A stretch of 64,000 nt of DNA from a virus: positions 1 through 64,000 of the IMG/VR virus record IMGVR_UViG_3300006990_000020; one strand, 5' to 3'. The translations under genes and the position numbers were made by a program. A model generated the notes under the pieces. It saw only the letters and a program-made list of their open reading frames with translations. It was not told where the DNA came from and did no database searches. This document shows positions 41,073 to 50,562 of the stretch, piece after piece; the stretch's first letter is position 1; the number at the start of each line of letters is the position of its first letter.

Positions 41073-41807
41073 TTAAAATAAATAAAAGTCTGTATTAGGC
41101 CCAGACATTTTCTTAAAGTGTTTTCTAATATTAGACAAACTAGCACTAAGTTCTGTGCTGTTTAGACCTGATATTTCTCTGAGATAGACAAATATTGCAC
41201 GTTTATTTAAGAAGTCTAAGTCGTCAACATTATTAAATATTTGCTGTATTGCATCAACGCAATTCAAGTCTCTTTGATCCTTAAGCTTGTGACGTATTCT
41301 GTTTGTCATCTCCATAAGCATAGGTACTAAGATTTCTTGATCAATATTATTTTCATAAGCTTTGGCAACATCTGGTTCTATTCTATTAAGCTGGTGCTTT
41401 TCGTAAGAAGTAAAGTCATCTTTACAGTCTATGTTGACGCTTCTTCGTGCGTGCTTATAATGACGTCTTGCATGGATTGTGAGCCAGTTTTTTGCAACAA
41501 CATTAAAATAAGAAAAGGCTTTTGTACCATTATCAGGTTTCCACTTTGGTATTGTTTCATATAGAAATGTTACACAGTCATGCTTCAAGTGATTAATATC
41601 CTCAATAGCTGACTTAAATTGATATACTGAAACCAGACTATTAACTAATTCCTCAAAAGCCGGCTGAATGTGCTCAGAATATGTTTGATCTTTTTTTCTC
41701 TTGTGATCTAATTTCTGGTATTCGGCAATTTTTTGTTGTGTTAATGCTGTGAAATAGTAATTTTTCTTTTTCTTTTTCTTATTAGTTAAAGCTATCGTTT
41801 CACTCAT
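41073..41807 (-). CDS. Phage late sigma factor (T4 gp55-like)
   Basis: Sigma region-2-like HLKHDCVTFLYETIPKWKPDNGTKAFSYFNVVAKNWL (cf. gp55 'FAYFTQI'); N-terminal NYYFT. Confidence 0.7.
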   Translation of the reverse strand: MSETIALTNKKKKKKNYYFTALTQQKIAEYQKLDHKRKKDQTYSEHIQPAFEELVNSLVSVYQFKSAIEDINHLKHDCVTFLYETIPKWKPDNGTKAFSYFNVVAKNWLTIHARRHYKHARRSVNIDCKDDFTSYEKHQLNRIEPDVAKAYENNIDQEILVPMLMEMTNRIRHKLKDQRDLNCVDAIQQIFNNVDDLDFLNKRAIFVYLREISGLNSTELSASLSNIRKHFKKMSGPNTDFYLF

Positions 41808-41824
41808 TTTGGTTGACTTTCCAT

Positions 41825-42139
41825 TTATTTCACTTCTTCTGTCTCTTCTGACTCTTCTTCTATTTTTTCTTTTATCTCTACAGAATTAGAAAGTCTTTCT
41901 GCGACATACAAAATAGATAGTCTGACTTCATAAATTTCTTCTACTATTCTCTTAATCTCAGGACTATCAAAAAAAACAGGTATCTTAAGGATTTCACTGA
42001 GGCTTTGATATTTCTGATCTATTGCGTCCAAAGAATCTTCTATAGCTTCTTGAACTCTTAAGACTGCTATAGCAAACTTAAAGCAGAAGTAACCAAAGAA
42101 GACTGTTGTGAAAGCCAATATTATTTCTAAAATACTCAT
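41825..42139 (-). CDS. Small membrane-anchored coiled-coil protein
   Basis: N-terminal hydrophobic ILEIILAFTTVFFGYFCFKFAIAVL; start moved to ATG 42139. Confidence 0.65.
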   Translation of the reverse strand: MSILEIILAFTTVFFGYFCFKFAIAVLRVQEAIEDSLDAIDQKYQSLSEILKIPVFFDSPEIKRIVEEIYEVRLSILYVAERLSNSVEIKEKIEEESEETEEVK

Positions 42140-42140
42140 C

Positions 42141-43310
42141 TTATAAATCACTCTTAAAAAATTTTTTATAATTATCTATTATATTCTCAATAGAATAATT
42201 TTGTTTAATAAAATTTTTCCGATAGTTAGCTACTTTCCTGTACTTTTCTTCGTTTTCAAAGAAATCTTCAAGGCATTTCATCATACTTTCTCCTTTAAAC
42301 TCTGCCCACTTAGGCGTAGAATCTAAATCAACAAATCTGCTATCATGATCAAAATCTATTAAGTCATAGTCAATCTTTACAAAGTCATCATGCATAAATT
42401 CTTTATAAGCTGAATAGTTTGTTGCAATGACAGGGAGACCACAAGCAGCTGCTTCTAATATAGGCAAACCAAAACCTTCAGCTCTTGTCCCAGACAGTAT
42501 GCAAGATATTTTACTTGATTTGTATATTTTAACTAAATCTTTAATAGAAGCACTTCCAAAAAGCATAGTAATTTTGCTTAACTTATCTATACCGAACTCA
42601 TCTTCCAAAAGCAATTTTATACTCTTTAGATCACTTTTTGTATGCTTTCCGTAGTTGATTTTTAAAACAACACCAATATCTTTGTCTTCTACAAAGTCCA
42701 AAGCACACTTAATGGTTTTAATAATGTTTTTTCTGTCTGACCTACTGTCATTGCTTGTAACTTGTGATATCACATATATGTTTTTGTTATATTTTAGCTT
42801 GTGCAATACGTCAGTCTTAAAATCTTCATGATTGTCAATGTAACCGAAGTAGGCTTCGTTTATTACTTTGATCTTCGTGTATAGTTTTTTACCTGTTTTC
42901 TTAGAAGTTTTAACGAAAGCTGCTTTTGTAAACTCAGAAGGAACAATTATTTTGCTCATCTTGTTTGCTTCGTCAATCCACGATGATTTTACTATGTCTG
43001 CTTCAAATCCTGCAGTAATTCCAATATTTTTCTTTGCTAAGTTTTTCCATTCATCGGGTAACAAAACTTGAAAAGATTCATCAAAATTAACATTACTCGT
43101 AGGTTTTTTTGCATATGCCAAAATATCTTTAACAATACCACAGTTATATTCTTGATTTAATACCCAAGAAGTATTTCCCCAATTTGTCGGTATTATATAA
43201 AGGTCTATGTTTGGTCTTTTTAACAAAGCTTTGAACACCTGCCTGCAATGTTCACCATATCCTGAAACTGTTAAAATTGGTCCTTTTAATAAAACTTTTT
43301 TCTTAATCAA
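42141..43310 (-). CDS. Glycosyltransferase, GT-B fold family 4-like
   Basis: SGYG, IVPSEF, RKNI, EGFGLPILEAAACGLPVIATNYS (EX7E motif). Confidence 0.9.
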   Translation of the reverse strand: MIKKKVLLKGPILTVSGYGEHCRQVFKALLKRPNIDLYIIPTNWGNTSWVLNQEYNCGIVKDILAYAKKPTSNVNFDESFQVLLPDEWKNLAKKNIGITAGFEADIVKSSWIDEANKMSKIIVPSEFTKAAFVKTSKKTGKKLYTKIKVINEAYFGYIDNHEDFKTDVLHKLKYNKNIYVISQVTSNDSRSDRKNIIKTIKCALDFVEDKDIGVVLKINYGKHTKSDLKSIKLLLEDEFGIDKLSKITMLFGSASIKDLVKIYKSSKISCILSGTRAEGFGLPILEAAACGLPVIATNYSAYKEFMHDDFVKIDYDLIDFDHDSRFVDLDSTPKWAEFKGESMMKCLEDFFENEEKYRKVANYRKNFIKQNYSIENIIDNYKKFFKSDL

Positions 43311-44547
43311 AGTTTACTATCTCCAATCCAAATTCTTTTTTAATGTTATGTTTTTGAATAGTGTTGTGAATTGACTCATGCCAAAGATCAATTGTTGTGT
43401 CATAATCAAAAGCTTTTTTGGCGTATTGTTCAACTTTTTTACTCAATACAGACATGTTTTCTGGACTAATCTTAAACAAAGAAAAAATAGCTTTTGCTAC
43501 GTCGTGACAGTCAACATAATCTTCATATATGTAAGGAATACTTTGGCTTCCAGCAATTGACTTAACTTTTGGTTCAAGAGCAACTCCATTTTCTGAGTTG
43601 TCTTCAAAATCAACAACTTGTCTATATAAGCCTCCAGTTTTGGTAGCTATAATTGGGTTTCCAACTTGCATAGACTGTAATGTTGTTAGTCCAAAGCCTT
43701 CGTTATAACTGATGTTAATACACACGTCAGAAATATTATGAATTGTATTGATCAACTCATCACTTAACTTCTCAGCAGACAATGCTAAAGTATCAGTTAT
43801 ATCTAACATTTCAGCAACTGCAATGAGATTTTGTCCTGCTTTATCGTTCGGATTTGTATGTAACAAAAGAGTCACTCTGTCTCTTTCTACGTCACTTAAC
43901 ATGTCAACAAAATACTTCCAGGAAAGAAGAACATCAGCTGGTCGCTTTCTTTTACAATTTCTATTCATCCATAAACAAACAAAGTTGTCTTTTCTTTTCT
44001 CCCCTAGAATTCTTTCTTTTTCTGCTTGAATTTTATCAATAGACATTCTAAAAAACTCGTCTTGAGGAAATGCATGAGGAATAAATCTTGTTTTCTCTGG
44101 ATATTTTTTGCTACAAAGTTTATATGTCAAATAAGAGTGACAATTAATTGCGTCAGTTGCATCATATAAGGCGTCATTAAAGTTTGGATATGGTTCATTG
44201 TCCCAAACATGCCACCACAAAATAGGACACACTTGTTTAATCTCATCTTCAATCTCAAATAACCACTCAAAAAATCTAGGATCAGAAAAAATAATTAAAG
44301 CATCAGGCTTTTCATTTAAAAGAACAGATCTTAACAGCGTTTTGTTACCAAAACCATCTATTGGTTTAATTAAAAAGTTATCACATACCTTAACAGTATC
44401 ATAGTTGCTATGCTTAATAGCAGCCCCTAGTTGTATAAAAGTCATGTCTTTCTTTCCAAGAAGACCTTTAACTAAATAGTTTGTTTGAACACCTACACCG
44501 CTAGGTGATTGAGCATGGTCTGAAATTATTAGTATTTTCTTTTTCAT
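43303..44547 (-). CDS. Glycosyltransferase, GT-B fold family 4-like
   Basis: ILIISDH...SGVG, IPHA, NRNCKRKR, EGFGLTTLQSMQVGNPIIATKTGG. Confidence 0.88.
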   Translation of the reverse strand: MKKKILIISDHAQSPSGVGVQTNYLVKGLLGKKDMTFIQLGAAIKHSNYDTVKVCDNFLIKPIDGFGNKTLLRSVLLNEKPDALIIFSDPRFFEWLFEIEDEIKQVCPILWWHVWDNEPYPNFNDALYDATDAINCHSYLTYKLCSKKYPEKTRFIPHAFPQDEFFRMSIDKIQAEKERILGEKRKDNFVCLWMNRNCKRKRPADVLLSWKYFVDMLSDVERDRVTLLLHTNPNDKAGQNLIAVAEMLDITDTLALSAEKLSDELINTIHNISDVCINISYNEGFGLTTLQSMQVGNPIIATKTGGLYRQVVDFEDNSENGVALEPKVKSIAGSQSIPYIYEDYVDCHDVAKAIFSLFKISPENMSVLSKKVEQYAKKAFDYDTTIDLWHESIHNTIQKHNIKKEFGLEIVNFD

Positions 44548-44553
44548 GTTTCC

Positions 44554-45393
44554 TTACGTACAATGGTCAGTTTCAGGTTTATTGAATTCGCAAAACATAC
44601 AAGAATTTTTATTCTTGAGATACATTCCTTTTTCAACAGTTTTAATCATACTTCTTACAAGTTTGTTACTTTTATCTAAAGTTTTAGGGCCACTAGAAAC
44701 TTTTATTAACTGACATGATTTTCCGACTTTTTTTACTTTTTTAAGTAAAACAAAACCACACTGTATTTTTTTCATATCAATATGATTTTTTGTTCCCCAG
44801 AAATATTTATATAGTACGACTTGAGCGTGGGTCAAAAAGTCTCTTTGTTTGTCTAAAGACCAACCTCTTCCATTTGAAGTCTTCCAGTCAATAACCCAGT
44901 ACTTATAGTCGCCTGCATGTGGAACTTTGATAATACAGTCGATAAAGCCTTTAAACTTTGTTGTTAAACCTGGAATATTTTCATACAAATCTTCCTCAGC
45001 ACTTACAAACTCCCATCCAGGAAATGTTGTGTCTAAAAAGTCAGGTAAAGATAATAAACTAGCTTCAGACCAATCAGTCCAGTCTTTTTGTTTGTTATGC
45101 TTGTACTTCCATCCTTGAAGTTCAGCTCTTATCTTTTGTAATTGTATAAAATCTTCAGAGTCAAATCCATGTTCTTCCCAAGCAAGACGAATTTTTTCTT
45201 TAGTTTCATCTATTTTTAATTCTTTTGTTTTTAAGAAATGCTCGCATGCGTCATGAATAATCGTTCCATAATGCAAATGAGGAGATTCCTCAAAAGTTTT
45301 TAGCTTATCAACATATAAGAGCTTGTGGCGCCATCCACATTCTTTCCACTGTCGTACTTCTGAATATGAGATATGTTCTTTTAAAATAGTCAT
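44554..45393 (-). CDS. PD-(D/E)XK nuclease, Cas4/AddB-like
   Basis: HISYSE...C, GTIIHDACE, FKGFIDCI, VIDWKTS, QVVLY, C-terminal CMFCEF...HC (1+3 Cys); start moved to ATG 45393 with GAGG SD. Confidence 0.87.
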   Translation of the reverse strand: MTILKEHISYSEVRQWKECGWRHKLLYVDKLKTFEESPHLHYGTIIHDACEHFLKTKELKIDETKEKIRLAWEEHGFDSEDFIQLQKIRAELQGWKYKHNKQKDWTDWSEASLLSLPDFLDTTFPGWEFVSAEEDLYENIPGLTTKFKGFIDCIIKVPHAGDYKYWVIDWKTSNGRGWSLDKQRDFLTHAQVVLYKYFWGTKNHIDMKKIQCGFVLLKKVKKVGKSCQLIKVSSGPKTLDKSNKLVRSMIKTVEKGMYLKNKNSCMFCEFNKPETDHCT

Positions 45394-45455
45394 TATAGAC
45401 CTCGCTTTCAAATAATATTGTATGATGCCAACGAATATTTTAAAAACTTAATATG

Positions 45456-45491
45456 AATACTTAGTAAATGCTTAGCTTGTTTAATATTTAG
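45456..45491 (+). promoter_or_regulatory. Two AATA[CT]TTAG candidate late-promoter motifs (45456-45464, 45483-45491)
   Basis: In the divergent intergenic region, both oriented toward the plus-strand 502 aa gene. Confidence 0.5.
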
Positions 45492-45554
45492 TATGTACAG
45501 CTTTATATATATTTAATCGATTAAAATTCATATTCTTAAGAAAGGAATTACAAT

Positions 45555-47063
45555 ATGGCAACATATACAGATCAACTGGTTGTGTACAGTGCAGGATCGT
45601 TAAAGAAGATGGGAGACAGTGAAACGATCGAAATTCACGGAATTACAGTTCCCGATGGTGGTCTAACACTTGCATCTACTGTAGTAACTTCAACTGCAGA
45701 TGAACTTAACTTTCTTGACGGCGCGACTTCTGCTAACAATACAGCAGACAAAGCTGCTATTCTAGGAACGAGTGGTAATCTAGATATTACTGGCAATCTA
45801 GATATTACTGGCAATTTAACAGTAAACGGTACTACTACGACTGTTAATTCAACAACTTTGACAGTCGATGATAAAAACCTTGAGCTTGGAAGTGTTGACA
45901 CCCCAACAGACACCACCGCTGATGGTGGGGGTATTACGCTAAAAGGTGCAACAGACAAAACATTATCTTGGGTCAACTCAACAGACTCATGGACTTCTTC
46001 TGAGCACCTTGATCTTGCTAGTGGTAAAGATTTTAAAATTGCAAACAGTTCAGTTCTGAGTGCTACAACATTAGGCTCAGCTGTAGTTTCTTCTTCGCTA
46101 ACTAGTGTTGGTACACTTACATCACTTGCTGTTGATAACATTAGAGTTGATGGTACTACAATTGGTCATGTTGATGATATTGATCTTATTACATTAACAG
46201 ATGGACTCGTTACAGTTGCAGGAGAAATAAGTGTAACTACTCTTGATATTGGTGGGACAAATGTTACGTCAACAGCAGCAGATTTAAACATTTTAGATGG
46301 CGTAACAGCAACTGCAGCAGAACTCAACACCCTTGATGGTGGCACAAGCGCAAGTTCTATTACAGTTGTTGATGGAGATAGAGTTGTCATGAATGACAAT
46401 GGGACGATGCTGCAAGTTGCAGCTTCAACACTTAAATCCTATTTCCAGACAAATGTAACAGCTTCATCAATCGCCGCTGATGATATTGGTGCAGGTGATG
46501 CCGCGGTCGAGATCACAACTACTTCGGGTAACATATTGATTGATGCGCCATCTGGTCAAAGCATTGATCTTCAAGTTAATAATAGTAACGTTGTAGAGAT
46601 TGCAAGTGATGAAGTAACTATAAGTCAAAAACTTGTTCTTGATGCTAGCGCAGGAATCACACTACCTGTTAGTCCTGCAAACTCAGCGATCTCTTCAGGC
46701 GATATTATTTCTCTTTCGATTGGCGGCGGAGCGTCTGCGGGAGCTGACTTGGCAGATGCAGACGCTGGTGCAGAGACTGTGCAAATACCGGCTGGGGTTG
46801 CACTAGATGCTGTTAGTGGTGCATCAGGCGGCACTTTAGACTGTCATACAATTTCCGGATCAAAAATTACTGTTAATTTAGCATCTGCTGAAACAATTGA
46901 TCTAGGTATGCCTGTTTATCTTTCGACTACAGCAGGAAAAGCCACAGGGACAGTCCCGACTTCAGGATATGTTTACGAGCTTGGAATCTCACTAGCTGTA
47001 GTGAGCTCTGCATCTACAGCATCAATTCTCTGGAGGCCGCAATTTATTGCTGATCTTGGTTAA
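45555..47063 (+). CDS. Fibre-like virion protein with C-terminal decoration/cement-like domain
   Basis: T/S/G/A-rich; GNLTVNGTTTTVNSTTLTVDDKNLELG, TADELNFLDG/TAAELNTLDG repeats; C-terminal GVALDA...GMPVYLSTTAG; AAAGGA SD. Confidence 0.75.
   Translation: MATYTDQLVVYSAGSLKKMGDSETIEIHGITVPDGGLTLASTVVTSTADELNFLDGATSANNTADKAAILGTSGNLDITGNLDITGNLTVNGTTTTVNSTTLTVDDKNLELGSVDTPTDTTADGGGITLKGATDKTLSWVNSTDSWTSSEHLDLASGKDFKIANSSVLSATTLGSAVVSSSLTSVGTLTSLAVDNIRVDGTTIGHVDDIDLITLTDGLVTVAGEISVTTLDIGGTNVTSTAADLNILDGVTATAAELNTLDGGTSASSITVVDGDRVVMNDNGTMLQVAASTLKSYFQTNVTASSIAADDIGAGDAAVEITTTSGNILIDAPSGQSIDLQVNNSNVVEIASDEVTISQKLVLDASAGITLPVSPANSAISSGDIISLSIGGGASAGADLADADAGAETVQIPAGVALDAVSGASGGTLDCHTISGSKITVNLASAETIDLGMPVYLSTTAGKATGTVPTSGYVYELGISLAVVSSASTASILWRPQFIADLG
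45777..45812 (+). repeat. Perfect 18-bp tandem duplication (AATCTAGATATTACTGGC x2)
   Basis: Seen directly; encodes NLDITG-NLDITG in frame. Confidence 0.95.
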
Positions 47064-47071
47064 TTAAGGTA

Positions 47072-47140
47072 AATAATTAGCAACACAAGTGTCTAATCAT
47101 TTAAACTCTTAGTCTATTAACAGATATAATTAATATTTAG
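47072..47140 (+). promoter_or_regulatory. Two AATA[AT]TTAG candidate late-promoter motifs (47072-47080, 47132-47140)
   Basis: Intergenic, oriented toward the 114 aa gene, which has an AGGAG SD. Confidence 0.45.
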
Positions 47141-47159
47141 TTAATAAACAGGAGTTTTT

Positions 47160-47504
47160 ATGTATAACAAAGAAGTAAAAATTGGCTTAGGTGAAGCTGT
47201 TTCTAGACTTCTCAAGCTTGAACTGACTAGAATTAATGGTCTTTACAAGATGCCTGAGCTAGCAGTTAAAGAAAGAGACATGCTTTTTGAAGCGCTAAAT
47301 GAGATTAAAATTAATTTAGGCTTCGATTGTGACGGTGATGGCGTACCAGACACAGTTGAGATATTTGAACAAAGTGCTAGCACATCATGCTGTAGAATAT
47401 CAAGCCTATCAGAAACGTCTGCTGAAAAGGTGGAAGTTAAGCCTGTTGAGGTTCCTAAGAAGTCTGCCCGCGGCAGACGCAAAAAATCAAAGAAGCAATC
47501 ATAG
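47160..47504 (+). CDS. Hypothetical protein with DxDxDG motif and basic tail
   Basis: DCDGDGVPD, CC, C-terminal RGRRKKSKK; AGGAG SD. Confidence 0.7.
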   Translation: MYNKEVKIGLGEAVSRLLKLELTRINGLYKMPELAVKERDMLFEALNEIKINLGFDCDGDGVPDTVEIFEQSASTSCCRISSLSETSAEKVEVKPVEVPKKSARGRRKKSKKQS

Positions 47505-47516
47505 GAGTAACCAGAA

Positions 47517-47792
47517 ATGACACTGTTTGAACTTTTGGCTTGTTATGGCCTAACCTTTGGATTGATGAATAAAACATTGTGGCTTCAAAACAGATCACAA
47601 TTTGCTTCATCTTTATTGAACTGCTCTTACTGTACAGGATTTCACAGTGGATGGATCATATATTTAATATCATATCTCAACAAACTAGACGTCAAAGACA
47701 GTAGCAACTTAAAAAATTTAATACTGTACTCTTTTGCTAGCGCATGCTTCTGTTATGTTCTAGATGTCTTTGTACAAAAAATAGAAGAATAG
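47517..47792 (+). CDS. Small membrane protein with CxxC (DUF1360-like)
   Basis: Hydrophobic segments and LLNCSYCTGFHSG; AGGAG SD. Confidence 0.65.
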   Translation: MTLFELLACYGLTFGLMNKTLWLQNRSQFASSLLNCSYCTGFHSGWIIYLISYLNKLDVKDSSNLKNLILYSFASACFCYVLDVFVQKIEE

Positions 47793-47799
47793 AGAACAA

Positions 47800-48321
47800 T
47801 CAAGACCAAATGTCATCTTCATCTAACTCAATGTCATTTGCAACCTCATAATTCTGATAGAATGTTTCAACTTCTGGCAGCGCTTTATTGTCTAAATCAA
47901 TAGTTATACTATGCTCTTCGTTTGTGCTTAAAACATTAATTGTTTTAGTTGAAATATTGTTTTTTGCAACAACGTTGTTTGTATATGAATAAGACAAATT
48001 GTTGTCTACAGTCAAAGTACTTTCATTTCCTATGAAAGAATCAGAAAGCTGCCTTTGAGAACTTGAAGAGGAAACGTTAGCGAATGCGAAACCTAGGTTG
48101 ACATAGCTAACAGCAGGATGAGATAAGTTTTGAATAACATTGATTGATATAGAACTGTTTGTTCGAATCAGACTTTTACTGTTTGTATAAGATAGAGTTG
48201 GAGTATACTCAACATTACTATACGCAGAAGAATATTCGCTACTGTTAGCCATTCCTCTTTTCTCATTGTCAACAAAAATCGATGCTGAGTTTTTAGCTCT
48301 ACTTATACCTGTAAGACTCAT
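47800..48321 (-). CDS. Hypothetical S/N-rich protein (173 aa)
   Basis: Last gene of the minus-strand fibre block; AAGGA SD. Confidence 0.65.
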   Translation of the reverse strand: MSLTGISRAKNSASIFVDNEKRGMANSSEYSSAYSNVEYTPTLSYTNSKSLIRTNSSISINVIQNLSHPAVSYVNLGFAFANVSSSSSQRQLSDSFIGNESTLTVDNNLSYSYTNNVVAKNNISTKTINVLSTNEEHSITIDLDNKALPEVETFYQNYEVANDIELDEDDIWS

Positions 48322-48335
48322 ATCTATAATCCTTC

Positions 48336-50288
48336 TTAAAGACTGAATGCTGCTGATATTGATATTGGACCGGGACCACTCACAGTAATAGGAACGTTTG
48401 TATCAGTTGTAGTTGTTGTTGTTACTGTGATTGAAGTAGAACTGTTACTTGTAAACTGTGCATTGGCGCCGTCAATTTTAAGTTGTACGCTTTTTGCGAT
48501 CCTAGCACTGCTACTATCATATGCATTAACATTTACAGACGTCGAGATGTTTGAACCTGAGTAAGTTAGGGATGTATTTGCAAAGTCTATTGTAACTGTG
48601 CTCGGTAAAGCGTCTGCTATTAAGTGCACTTTATGATCGATGACAGCAAAAGTACTATCAATAGAATTTGATACTGCTGTAGTGTTGTCTGCTTTTGAAG
48701 AAAGCCCTATTATTCTTCCACTACTATCCTGTGTAACTCCTACAAAGTCTCCAGGCTCAGAAGCTGTCTCAGACCAGCCGTTATTCCATGTATAAATCTT
48801 TAATTCACCAGAAGTCACAACTGCTATTTTGTTTCTGTCTGTATTCAAGTGAACAAAATCAAATGCATTCACTTGGATTGAGCTATGAAAAGTTAAACTT
48901 GAAAAGTCTGTGCTATCAATTTGATATGATACCATATTTTTCGCAGTAGCGCTTTGACGTGCGACTCCTGCTGGAGAGCTGTATGATGGCAAATAATGTA
49001 GATAATAACTGCCACTAACTTCTGTAATGAAAAGATTAGAACGCGTCATCGCTCCCAAATTATCGCTAGAAGTTAGTGGATAAGTTAAATAGTCTGTAAC
49101 TGAGCCTGATGGGTATACCATAGAGCAGTTATTTGCTGTTAATGATCCTGCATTAGAATTTGATGATTTATCCCACTGTAGATAGAGAAAGCTGATTTCA
49201 AAAGATTCATTAGCTACTGGATAGTAAGCATAACAAATATCAGTTTCACCGCTAATAGGCGAATCTATAAACTGTGAAGCTCTTGCTCTAAGCATAACCT
49301 TTACAGCTGCTGATGCTGTGGTAATATTAGACTTTGTTATTGTTGCAACAGTGTTTATTGTTCCACTTGAAACGTCATAAGATTCTGCAGTGAATATATT
49401 ATCTACTCTATTTTCAAACGTAGCATTTTGTTGAGCGTAACTATTTGAGTTTTCATGAGTTTCTAGAAACATTAGAGTGTTGTCGTTATTTTTACCGCAA
49501 TAGTAAAAATTATTTGGCTCAAAATCGTCGTAAGCGCCGCCAATACTCGAGGCACCTTGATTAGGACTTAATATTGTAGTTTGATCATTTAAAACCAAAC
49601 TCCCGTCATCTTCTACAGTCTCATAAGAAGCTCTAGAAACGTGATTAGCTAGTGTTTTGAAATAATAAGAACTGTGAGAATCATATCGCGCGTGATAAGA
49701 AATAAAGTATATATACTTGTTTGCTGTATCAACATAAACAGGATATTTGTGACCGTGGAAATTTTGGCTTTGAATAGTTGACAAGCCAGTAGCAACGGCA
49801 TCTGGGTTGGAAAAATCATTTCCTTCTACAAAGAAATATGTTTGTGCATAAGGCATATAAGTTTGAACACCGTAAGGCAGCATAATCAAATGAAAGTTTT
49901 TTCCACCTGTAGAAGTAAAACTAAAAACGTTTGAAGACATATTCAGAGTTTGATCTGATTCTAAATTATGATCTCTGCTACCCATACTGCTATAGAAACT
50001 TATTGGGCCACCTAGAGAGTTTCCTGTATTTTGACCTGTTTGCAAGCTAGGCGCTTTAGCAATAAGAGCTGAGGCAATAAATCCATTGACTAATTCTTCT
50101 TTAACTTTGTTATTTAAAAGCGCTGTGCATGGTTTTTCAAATAATGGATAGAGTGTATTAGCATCGTATGGACGACTGTCTATCCATAACGTGCTGTCAC
50201 TTGGGTTAATAACTACACCCGTATTAGTTTCTCCTGCTGAATATCTGTTGCCTTTTTTTGTTACATTAAATTTTTTAAATATTGCCAT
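48336..50288 (-). CDS. Putative receptor-binding/structural protein (beta-rich, C-terminal Ig-like)
   Basis: 650 aa, beta-strand rich; terminal TSVNVNAYDSSSARIAKSVQLKIDG...TVSGPG resembles an Ig-like domain. Confidence 0.55.
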   Translation of the reverse strand: MAIFKKFNVTKKGNRYSAGETNTGVVINPSDSTLWIDSRPYDANTLYPLFEKPCTALLNNKVKEELVNGFIASALIAKAPSLQTGQNTGNSLGGPISFYSSMGSRDHNLESDQTLNMSSNVFSFTSTGGKNFHLIMLPYGVQTYMPYAQTYFFVEGNDFSNPDAVATGLSTIQSQNFHGHKYPVYVDTANKYIYFISYHARYDSHSSYYFKTLANHVSRASYETVEDDGSLVLNDQTTILSPNQGASSIGGAYDDFEPNNFYYCGKNNDNTLMFLETHENSNSYAQQNATFENRVDNIFTAESYDVSSGTINTVATITKSNITTASAAVKVMLRARASQFIDSPISGETDICYAYYPVANESFEISFLYLQWDKSSNSNAGSLTANNCSMVYPSGSVTDYLTYPLTSSDNLGAMTRSNLFITEVSGSYYLHYLPSYSSPAGVARQSATAKNMVSYQIDSTDFSSLTFHSSIQVNAFDFVHLNTDRNKIAVVTSGELKIYTWNNGWSETASEPGDFVGVTQDSSGRIIGLSSKADNTTAVSNSIDSTFAVIDHKVHLIADALPSTVTIDFANTSLTYSGSNISTSVNVNAYDSSSARIAKSVQLKIDGANAQFTSNSSTSITVTTTTTTDTNVPITVSGPGPISISAAFSL

Positions 50289-50536
50289 TATTCTTCTTCT
50301 CCCAAAGGTGACTCAGTGTCAATTCTTCTAGCAAGACTATTTGTTAAAAACCAACTGTAAGCTTCATTAATATTAGCAAAAGGCGCATTTCTAGGTGATC
50401 CGGGAATAGAAGGATTACCAATAGTCTTTTTAATGAGAATACCATTGTGATCTTTGATCAAGAGGTCACCGCTAATTATTTCTAGATTTACATAAATAGG
50501 TAAGCCGTTTTCATCGACATTTATTTGATGTTTCAT
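50288..50536 (-). CDS. Hypothetical protein (82 aa)
   Basis: Coupled to the 650 aa gene by a TAATG overlap. Confidence 0.65.
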   Translation of the reverse strand: MKHQINVDENGLPIYVNLEIISGDLLIKDHNGILIKKTIGNPSIPGSPRNAPFANINEAYSWFLTNSLARRIDTESPLGEEE

Positions 50537-50562
50537 AATATTTAAATACTCACTTTCTATCT

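Noticed and set aside
41062-41146. Long overlap or frameshift between the sigma gene and the downstream ORF
   Set aside because: Resolved by a downstream ATG at 41062 with its own SD.
44554-45554. CRISPR-Cas locus suggested by the Cas4-like gene
   Set aside because: No repeat-spacer array or other cas genes are visible.
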